Part shown: positions 1 to 5,364 of the stretch, piece after piece
Layout of the letters: each line of letters opens with the position of its first letter
Numbering within the stretch: the first letter of the stretch is position 1
From: a virus
Virus record (IMG/VR): IMGVR_UViG_3300033402_000312
Direction: 5' to 3' (one strand)
Length of the DNA: 37,624 nt
The notes under the pieces: model-generated
What the model was told of the DNA's origin: nothing
The model's database searches: none
Seen by the model: the letters and a program-made list of their open reading frames with translations, nothing else
Position numbers and translations under genes: made by a program

Positions 1-103
1 GCAACTGAAGAGATCGTCGTGTGGTGAGCCTCTGTGCGATCCCCAGAGCCATCGCACAGCGAGACCTGACCTCCAGCCGCTCGGCTTTGGTCAGCGAGGT
101 CAC
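1..103 (-). CDS. hypothetical protein, 5' part only (runs off the window)
   Basis: GTG at 103 overlaps the TGA of the upstream gene (GTGA). The frame MTSLTKAERLEVRSRCAMALGIAQRLTTRRSLQL is open to the edge. Confidence 0.45.
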   Translation of the reverse strand, partial: MTSLTKAERLEVRSRCAMALGIAQRLTTRRSLQL

Positions 104-291
104 GCGGACTCGCCGGACGGCCCCGGCTTCGGTTTGATGTCGTCGTAGGTGAGCGAGTCGAGCGGCTTGCCATGGACGAGCGCGTACTCGATAAGCTCGA
201 CGCTCCTCGCCAACTCGTTGTGCTCGGCGACGAGTTCGTTGTAGCTTTCGTACAGCTTGCGGAGCTTGGCTTCCAACTGGTCTACGGTCAT
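100..291 (-). CDS. small coiled-coil hypothetical protein (63 aa)
   Basis: GGGAG SD before ATG; heptad-like LEAKLRKLYESYNELVAEHNELARSVELIE. Confidence 0.75.
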   Translation of the reverse strand: MTVDQLEAKLRKLYESYNELVAEHNELARSVELIEYALVHGKPLDSLTYDDIKPKPGPSGESA

Positions 292-353
292 TGTAATCTC
301 CCGTCGTCCGACCAGATGACCCTCTTCCTTCCCCGGACGGAAAGCGGTAAAAT

Positions 354-429
354 TGGCTGCCTCGCTAGGATTCGGACCTAGATTTGACGGTTCAGAGCCG
401 TCCGTCCTGCCAAATTAGACGACAAGGCA
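354..429 (-). tRNA. tRNA-Gln(CUG)
   Basis: TGCCTTG/CGAGGCA acceptor, G73, CCA; anticodon arm GACGG-CTCTGAA-CCGTC; atypical T-loop TCCGAAT. Confidence 0.93.
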
Positions 430-433
430 ATTT

Positions 434-510
434 TGGCTGCGGCGCTAGGGGTCGAACCTAGATTCGCGGGTTCAAGGCCCGCCGTCCTGCCTGAGTTAGA
501 CGACGCCGCA
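434..510 (-). tRNA. tRNA-Gln(UUG), C33 variant
   Basis: TGCGGCG/CGCCGCA acceptor, G73, CCA; GCGGG-CCTTGAA-CCCGC; T-loop TTCGACC. Confidence 0.9.
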
Positions 511-515
511 AAGTT

Positions 516-589
516 TGGCTGCCTCCCGTGGATTCGGACCACGATAGCGGGTTCCAAAGACCCGCGCCCTGCCGTTAGACGAGGAGGCA
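516..589 (-). tRNA. tRNA-Gln(UUG)
   Basis: TGCCTCC/GGAGGCA acceptor, G73, CCA; CGGGT-CTTTGGA-ACCCG; T-loop TCCGAAT. Confidence 0.92.
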
Positions 590-594
590 AAAAT

Positions 595-628
595 TGGAGC
601 TAGACTACTTGCTCGAAAACGCTCTAAC
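595..628 (-). ncRNA. degenerate 34-nt tRNA minihelix or tRNA-Thr remnant
   Basis: GTTAGA-N18-TCTAGC-T-CCA: a 6-bp acceptor-like stem with U73 and CCA. It is spaced like an array member and is the same length as the minihelices at 1923-1993. Confidence 0.35.
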
Positions 629-671
629 TACCCAAAAAAGTGAACTTTCAAGTCCATAAGTGAGGTACCTC

Positions 672-1373
672 ATGGACTACACATGCGCTCAATGCGAGCG
701 AACCTTTACTCCGAATCAGCCTCCAACTCACCCAGAAAATCCGATATGCAGCCGTTCATGCGCTGCAAAGTATATGCACAGAACTGGACGAGCTACATAT
801 CTGCCTAAAAAAGTATACGAATGCTTTTGGTGCCACAAAAACTTTAATGGGCATCCATACAACAAAGAACATCCGTTTTGTTCCCACTCCTGTGCGGCTA
901 CCTACAACAATAAAGCCAAAGGGGGGACTCTAAATAAACCTAACAAAGACCCCCATTGTTACCGTGGAGAAAAGACCCTGTGCTGTAAGACATGTAAGGC
1001 ACCTTCTTATGCCCAGTTTTGCTCTCACAAATGCCAGCATGAGTGGTCGCGTCAACAAAAGATAAAACATTGGCTCCAAACAGGAGAAACAGGCTGCAAA
1101 CCCGGTGGTAGCGGCAGCACCATACCCAGATGGCTCAGAGACTACATCAAAGCCGAACAGCAAGGGCTATGTGCCATTTGTCGCCTGCCGTCTGAATGGA
1201 ACGGACAATTTCTTACTCTCATTCTCGATCACATCGACGGTAACTCTTTCATCTCCTCCCGTGATAATCTCCGGTTGGTGTGCCCGAACTGCGATAGCCA
1301 ACTGCCCACCTCCAAAGGTCGCAACCGAGGCAAAGGTCGTCATTGGAGACACGTGCGTTATGCAGCAGGATAA
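672..1373 (+). CDS. HNH homing endonuclease with N-terminal Zn-ribbon repeats
   Basis: Repeated CxxC...FCSxxC modules; C-terminal CAIC...LDHIDGN...NLRLVCPNCDS HNH motif; GAGGT SD before ATG 672; lower GC; antisense inside the tRNA array. Confidence 0.9.
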   Translation: MDYTCAQCERTFTPNQPPTHPENPICSRSCAAKYMHRTGRATYLPKKVYECFWCHKNFNGHPYNKEHPFCSHSCAATYNNKAKGGTLNKPNKDPHCYRGEKTLCCKTCKAPSYAQFCSHKCQHEWSRQQKIKHWLQTGETGCKPGGSGSTIPRWLRDYIKAEQQGLCAICRLPSEWNGQFLTLILDHIDGNSFISSRDNLRLVCPNCDSQLPTSKGRNRGKGRHWRHVRYAAG

Positions 1374-1375
1374 AA

Positions 1376-1459
1376 TGGGCTGATGGGGAGACTCGAACTC
1401 CCGTGGGATTTCTCCGCCTGATTACAAATCAGGTGCAATCGCCGCTATGCGACATCAGC
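1376..1459 (-). tRNA. tRNA-Thr(UGU) with long variable arm
   Basis: GCTGATG/CATCAGC acceptor; CCTGA-TTTGTAA-TCAGG; 14-nt variable region with GGA-GAAA-TCC hairpin; T-loop TTCGAGT. Confidence 0.88.
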
Positions 1460-1466
1460 ATAATTT

Positions 1467-1541
1467 TGGAGCAAGGCATCGGGGTCGAACCGATATAGCG
1501 TGCTTACCGAGCACGTGAACTGCCTGTTGTTCTAGCCTTGC
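1467..1541 (-). tRNA. tRNA-Thr(GGU), C33 variant
   Basis: GCAAGGC/GCCTTGC acceptor, U73, CCA; CGTGC-TCGGTAA-GCACG; T-loop TTCGACC. Confidence 0.9.
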
Positions 1542-1547
1542 CGATTC

Positions 1548-1623
1548 TGGAGCCGGGTAGGAGCTATGATCTCCTCGCCTCCTGCTTACGGGGCAGGCGC
1601 TCTACCGAATGAGCTAACCCGGC
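1548..1623 (-). tRNA. tRNA-Thr(CGU), C33 and atypical T-loop
   Basis: GCCGGGT/ACCCGGC acceptor, U73, CCA; CCTGC-CCCGTAA-GCAGG; T-arm AGGAG-ATCATAG-CTCCT. Confidence 0.88.
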
Positions 1624-1631
1624 GAAAAAAT

Positions 1632-1706
1632 TGGTCCCCAAGGGAGGGGTTGAGCCTCCGTTTCACGCTTATCGGGCGTGCGTCTTAGCCGTTAGACGAC
1701 TCGGGG
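1632..1706 (-). tRNA. tRNA-Ile(GAU), C33 and atypical T-loop
   Basis: CCCCGAG/CTTGGGG acceptor (C4-G69), A73, CCA; CACGC-CCGATAA-GCGTG; T-loop CTCAACC. Confidence 0.88.
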
Positions 1707-1720
1707 AAAATCCTAGCCTG

Positions 1721-1757
1721 AAAACAAAAAGAGCCGACCTCTTCCGGGGTCGGCTCT
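1721..1757 (-). terminator. intrinsic terminator (attenuator) directly upstream of the tRNA array
   Basis: AGAGCCGACC-ccggaaga-GGTCGGCTCT followed by TTTTGTTTT. Confidence 0.9.
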
Positions 1758-1825
1758 CGCTAGCGTCCTGAAATTGCTGGGCTTGCTTAGTCTTCGAAGC
1801 CCTCAGACACGCCAACGGACCGACC
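1748..1825 (-). promoter_or_regulatory. antiterminator hairpin, mutually exclusive with the terminator
   Basis: GGTCGG-TC pairs with GAGCCGACC (terminator 5' arm). The helix continues with CGTTGGCGT/ACGCTAGCG, TCTGA/TCAGG and GGGCTT/AAGCCC. Confidence 0.8.
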
Positions 1826-1876
1826 GCGTGTAATTCGTTGCGTCGTCGTAGTTCGCGTTGTGGGTGTCTGGTTCAT
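1787..1876 (-). CDS. attenuator leader peptide MNQTPTTRTTTTQRITRGRSVGVSEGFED (29 aa)
   Basis: 8 Thr, 2 Gln and 1 Ile codon in the first 16 codons; its 3' half forms the antiterminator. Confidence 0.8.
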   Translation of the reverse strand: MNQTPTTRTTTTQRITRGRSVGVSEGFED

Positions 1877-1885
1877 GATCTTTTT

Positions 1886-1920
1886 TGGCTGGGGGCCTCC
1901 GGTTTCCCGAAAAGCCCCCA
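1886..1920 (-). ncRNA. tRNA-Gln-like minihelix (35 nt)
   Basis: TGGGGGC-[TTTTCGG-GAAA-CCGGAG]-GCCCCCA-G-CCA; U1-A72, G2-C71, G3-C70, G73. Confidence 0.75.
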
Positions 1921-1922
1921 AC

Positions 1923-1956
1923 TGGAGCCGGGACTCGGATTTCGCCGAACCCCGGC
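1923..1956 (-). ncRNA. tRNA-Thr-like minihelix (34 nt)
   Basis: GCCGGGG-TTCGG-CGAAAT-CCGAG-TCCCGGC-T-CCA; 7+5 bp; G1-C72, C2-G71, U73. Confidence 0.75.
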
Positions 1957-1959
1957 GTA

Positions 1960-1993
1960 TGGCGGGCAGACACGGATTTCGCCGTACCTGCCC
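1960..1993 (-). ncRNA. tRNA minihelix (34 nt), Ile- or Arg-like acceptor
   Basis: GGGCAGG-TACGG-CGAAAT-CCGTG-TCTGCCC-G-CCA; 7+5 bp. Confidence 0.72.
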
Positions 1994-2004
1994 ACTCATC
2001 TACA

Positions 2005-2033
2005 ATACTACTGAAAGTCCAGAAACTTGTCAA
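2005..2033 (-). promoter_or_regulatory. sigma70-type promoter of the minihelix/leader/tRNA operon
   Basis: TTGACA-17 nt-TAGTAT; predicted +1 near 1998, about 5 nt before the first minihelix. Confidence 0.75.
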
Positions 2034-2052
2034 GAGAATTGTTTGCCGCTTT

Positions 2053-2265
2053 TCAGGCGACTGCGGCTACGACCACGACGTTTTCGGCCTGGAGACCCTT
2101 CGGGCCCTTCACGACGTCAAACTTGACGGACTGCCCCTCGTCGAGGGACTTGTATCCGTCAGCCTGGATAGCCGAGAAATGCACGAAGACGTCCTCGCCG
2201 GACTGGCGGGTGATGAATCCGTAGCCCTTTGCTGCGTTGAACCACTTTACGGTGCCTTGTTCCAT
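2053..2265 (-). CDS. cspA: cold-shock protein (CspA family, 70 aa)
   Basis: [18 protein letters not shown] (RNP1) and DVFVHFSAI (RNP2); AAAGGA SD before ATG 2265. Confidence 0.95.
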   Translation of the reverse strand: MEQGTVKWFNAAKGYGFITRQSGEDVFVHFSAIQADGYKSLDEGQSVKFDVVKGPKGLQAENVVVVAAVA

Positions 2266-2352
2266 TGTTGTTTCCTTTGATTGGATTGCTGAGAGAGATT
2301 CCTTGCGGGAGGGGTTGAGCCTACAGCTAGAGATCGTTTCCACAGCCACTAC

Positions 2353-2382
2353 ATCATAGCACCGCGAAGTCGGGAAAGTCAA
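2353..2382 (-). promoter_or_regulatory. sigma70-type promoter for csp
   Basis: TTGACT-18 nt-TATGAT with extended -10 TG; about 80-nt 5' UTR. Confidence 0.65.
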
Positions 2383-2399
2383 GCCCTATTTAACGGCCG

Positions 2400-3089
2400 T
2401 CAGTTCCACTTGATCTGATCTTCGTCTTTTCGAGCCGGGGCTGGACGGCTCGGCCCTACCGCTGGAGCCTCCGAGAAGATCAGTTCGGGGTCGTCGTTCT
2501 CGCTCAGTATTTTGTCAACGCCGCTCGTGACCGCGTCGAACAGGGGGTCTTGGCCCGGCTCCGGGGGGTTGAAGGGGTCGCCCTCATCGGTTTCCGCGAA
2601 CATCGCCCCGCCCGCGACCACCGAGTCTATCTCGTCGGTGATGCCGAACCCCGACCTGAGGTCGTCCTCAAGGTCGGACAAGGCCTCGGAAAGCTCGCTG
2701 CGCGTGATCGCGATCCTGTTCGACGCCTCCACGATGGGCTTGAGTTGCGCCTGGATGTCGGCGGACAGGGCATCAAACTTGGCGTTCGTCGCCACCCTGA
2801 AGCGGCTGACGATGTCGCGGATGACCAGGATCATCTCGGTCTTCCTGCTGGCTTCGGTGGCACGCGACTTGCGCGTCTTCTCGTCGTTGCACACGGGGCA
2901 GGTCGTGAACATCTCGTCGGCGGGACTTTGGTTGGCTTGGTTGGCTTGATAAGCCTCTTCCACGCCCTCTACCAAGGCAGGCGGTAATGTCCCAACCTTC
3001 TCCGGGCTGATGGAGGTGGCGTATTTCGCCCGCGCCCGCTTGTTGGCGGTGTTGTTCTTGAACTTGATTTTCTTGCTGCTTTTGCCCAT
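2400..3089 (-). CDS. hypothetical protein (229 aa; basic N-terminus, CxxC, coiled coil, acidic tail)
   Basis: GAGGTG SD before ATG 3089 (MGKSSKK). The longer track ORF overlaps the AlaRS-like gene. Confidence 0.75.
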   Translation of the reverse strand: MGKSSKKIKFKNNTANKRARAKYATSISPEKVGTLPPALVEGVEEAYQANQANQSPADEMFTTCPVCNDEKTRKSRATEASRKTEMILVIRDIVSRFRVATNAKFDALSADIQAQLKPIVEASNRIAITRSELSEALSDLEDDLRSGFGITDEIDSVVAGGAMFAETDEGDPFNPPEPGQDPLFDAVTSGVDKILSENDDPELIFSEAPAVGPSRPAPARKDEDQIKWN

Positions 3090-3115
3090 GCGGCACCTCG
3101 CCCATACCTTAATAC

Positions 3116-3970
3116 TCACGATTTCAATAAAACCAGTTCTTCGGGCAAAAGACCGAAAGTGTCCCACCAGAACTCGGGAGGCTTGTCGCCGTTGCGCCGG
3201 AAATGCCTGCGTCCATTGCGGATGGACTGCTCCATGCGCTTGCGCTCCTCCCCCACCCAGACCGAGAACGGGCACTCGAATTCCTGCGGGTTCAAACGCA
3301 TGAACCGGCGAAGAAGGCGGCGGCAGACGTAGCTCCGCCCCTTGTTGCCCGGCTCAACGCCCCGCTCCCTGAACACGCACAGCGTGCGGAAATGGTCGCG
3401 GGACACCGGGTCGAGGTCTTGGCGGAACAGGCTGGTCTCGTCCACGCGGCCCTTGCCCTCCATGGTCTGGAGCATGCGTTCGTAGCCGAAGCCCACGTCC
3501 ACGGAGTGCCCCATCGGGTTGACGAGGTTGCCGACCTCCAGGCCGCCCGGCGTGAAAAACTCGGAGCACCAGCCGCCCACGGTGCCGTCCGACCACACAC
3601 AGTCCGGGTCGCGGCGCACCGGGAATTCCCTCTCCCAATAGCGCTCGAAGCCCGACTCCGGGTGGACGCTGACGTGCGAGACCGGGATGCCGAGGTCGCA
3701 GATGATGTCCGTCCACATATCGCAATGGCGCTGGTAGTCGTTGGTGCCGAAGCCGAAGCTGCCGACCATCTGGAAGAAGGTCAAATGCGTGCCGTCGCCG
3801 ACCTCGCCGATGTCGTTCGTGCGGACGCAGTACTGGATGTTGCCGTGGCTGGTGCCGTCCGGCGTCTGGAATCTTGGCTTGAGTGGCTGCATCCCCGCGC
3901 TGATGAAGAGGGTCGTTGGATCGTTCTCGGGGATTATGTTGGTGCTTAGTTCAAAGGGGAGACCCGTCAT
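3116..3970 (-). CDS. alaS: truncated alanyl-tRNA synthetase (catalytic and partial tRNA-recognition domains; no editing or C-Ala domains)
   Basis: AlaRS motifs DPTTLFISAGMQ, QYCVRTNDI..VGDGTHLTFFQMVGSF, VDVGFGYERM, DHFRT...GVEPGNKGRSYVCRRLLRR; only 284 aa. Confidence 0.88.
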   Translation of the reverse strand: MTGLPFELSTNIIPENDPTTLFISAGMQPLKPRFQTPDGTSHGNIQYCVRTNDIGEVGDGTHLTFFQMVGSFGFGTNDYQRHCDMWTDIICDLGIPVSHVSVHPESGFERYWEREFPVRRDPDCVWSDGTVGGWCSEFFTPGGLEVGNLVNPMGHSVDVGFGYERMLQTMEGKGRVDETSLFRQDLDPVSRDHFRTLCVFRERGVEPGNKGRSYVCRRLLRRFMRLNPQEFECPFSVWVGEERKRMEQSIRNGRRHFRRNGDKPPEFWWDTFGLLPEELVLLKS

Positions 3971-4144
3971 TCACAAACTCGAACCGTGTTAAAGGCAAAC
4001 GGACCATGGGAAGCGCAGGGGTCGGCGGCCGCCGACCCCCACATGGCTCAATCAGCGCTCAATCCCAACCTCACGGAAGCACTCACGTGAGCTTCTGCCT
4101 CCCGACTCTTGGCGGGATATGTTGCCTGATATATCGCCAATTCC

Positions 4145-4172
4145 ATAATACCACCATGCGCGGCTTTTGCAA
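4145..4172 (-). promoter_or_regulatory. putative promoter for the AlaRS-like gene with a ~170-nt structured leader
   Basis: TTGCAA-16 nt-TATTAT with extended -10 TG. Confidence 0.5.
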
Positions 4173-4187
4173 CATGAGGCCGTCGTC

Positions 4188-4430
4188 TTATTCGTAATGC
4201 GCCCCCGTGGGCCGCCCGCGAATGGCCCGCCAAAAAGCCACGCTGTAAGCGAGGGGGAACGCATCTTCCTTATTGTATGCAGCCTGCGTTGTCCCGTTTG
4301 CATTCTTCTGGACGTTGAAGCGCGGGGCACCCTTGCGCACTTGCCATATCGTCTTCCCCGTGGCGAGCGCCTTGATGATCATCCAACAGCGCCACATCCG
4401 CACGCTGAAGGGAGCGGGATTTGGATTCAT
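4188..4430 (-). CDS. hypothetical protein (80 aa)
   Basis: ORF just downstream of the suppressor tRNAs; ATG 4430 chosen so it does not overlap the tRNA. Confidence 0.6.
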   Translation of the reverse strand: MNPNPAPFSVRMWRCWMIIKALATGKTIWQVRKGAPRFNVQKNANGTTQAAYNKEDAFPLAYSVAFWRAIRGRPTGAHYE

Positions 4431-4457
4431 ACTGAATATTTCAATATCCCGCAAACT

Positions 4458-4531
4458 TGGCACCCCCGATGGGATTTTTACCCATACACACGACTTTAGA
4501 GGTCGCTGCTCTTCCGTTGAGCTACGGGGGT
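4458..4531 (-). tRNA. amber suppressor tRNA(CUA) #1, Trp/Gln-like body
   Basis: ACCCCCG/CGGGGGT acceptor (A1-U72), G73, CCA; GCGAC-CTCTAAA-GTCGT; T-loop TAAAAAT. Confidence 0.88.
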
Positions 4532-4558
4532 AAACTTGTTCTTAAAAATACTAAAGAT

Positions 4559-4635
4559 TGGAGCGCCCGGTGGGGATCGAACCCACGCAGCACAAGGCTT
4601 TAGGGGCCCCGGCTCTGCCGCTGAGCTACGGGCGC
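4559..4635 (-). tRNA. amber suppressor tRNA(CUA) #2, C33
   Basis: GCGCCCG/CGGGCGC acceptor, U73, CCA; GGGGC-CCCTAAA-GCCTT; T-loop TTCGATC; TATACT -10-like box just upstream. Confidence 0.85.
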
Positions 4636-4709
4636 ACGCCGTCAGTATACAGCCTCTCCTTCCGGGATGGCTACCGCTAGCCTTCCCTGTCTAAGATAGC
4701 ACCCTTTGC

Positions 4710-5171
4710 TTACCCAAACCGTTGTTTCAGTTCAAGATATATCCTTTTGTCGCGCTCTTCATCCGCCTTCTTTTCCTCGGCAGCCGCAGCCGCTTTCTTT
4801 TCGGCTTTCTTCTGCTTTGCCTTGAAATAGCGGTCGAGATGCTTCTGTACCTCTTTCGCAATCGCTTCGTCGAGCGCATCGTCCTCAAGCTCAAGCAAGT
4901 GCGACGGGAAGCTCTGCTCGTACGTCGCGTACTCCGGGTGGCAGTGGCAAGCGCCATTGTACTCGTACGAAAGCGTGAACTGGCTTTCGTCGAACGACTC
5001 CAGCTTGTCGAAATCCCTGTGTGTTCGGATTCCGGTCGTCCGGGTGAAGTCCGTGATCTTGAGTCGCTGAAGCTCCTCTTCGAGGGCTTGGTTATAGCGA
5101 CTCGCAACCGCAAACGCTTGCTGGTGAACCCACTGGTACGCCTCTGCCGCTTCCTTAACGCTCTATGTCAT
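4710..5171 (-). CDS. hypothetical protein with in-frame amber at codon 3 (153 aa on read-through); likely paralog of 6128-6577
   Basis: GGAGG SD, then ATG ACA TAG AGC GTT AAG, then an open frame with no ATG/GTG/TTG for 88 codons that joins track ORF 4710-4898. Its C-terminus RIYLELKQRFG resembles QRYLELKSKYEG. Confidence 0.78.
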
Positions 5172-5364
5172 TGTCTTCCTCCTCGGCCCCGCAATCGCAT
5201 TCTCCCCATTCAGTTTTTGTGGCGGAGCACTCTTCTGAATGAAACTCGTGATCCAAAGCTGCCTCGGCTAAGGTTCTCGGTGTGTCCCACCCCTCCGCGA
5301 TCCGCCGCAGGATGCCCCTGTAGTACCTGATCTTTCTTTCGGCGGTCGGCTCAAATCTCTTCAT
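5155..5364 (-). CDS. hypothetical protein (69 aa; H-x3-C...CDC metal-binding motif)
   Basis: Overlaps both neighbours in operon fashion. Confidence 0.7.
   Translation of the reverse strand: MKRFEPTAERKIRYYRGILRRIAEGWDTPRTLAEAALDHEFHSEECSATKTEWGECDCGAEEEDNDIER

Noticed and set aside
378-590. 70-aa minus-strand ORF
   Set aside because: It lies entirely over three tRNA-Gln genes.
1886-1993. CRISPR-like or simple repeat array
   Set aside because: The units share only a short loop region and CCA ends, with no repeat-spacer pattern.
1787-1999. 70-aa track ORF as a normal gene
   Set aside because: Its 5' part runs through the three minihelices; only the 29-aa portion from ATG 1876 fits as a leader peptide.
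1720-2000. T-box riboswitch upstream of the tRNA array
   Set aside because: No UGGNACC bulge or Stem I motifs; leader-peptide attenuation explains the structure.
3965-4010. Frameshifted N-terminal extension of mini-AlaRS (…RVCE then MTG)
   Set aside because: No convincing similarity or slippery site; untestable without homologs.
4559-4635. Reading this tRNA as Arg(CCU)
   Set aside because: The 7-nt loop CCCTAAA places CTA, not CCT, at positions 34-36, although Arg ancestry is plausible.
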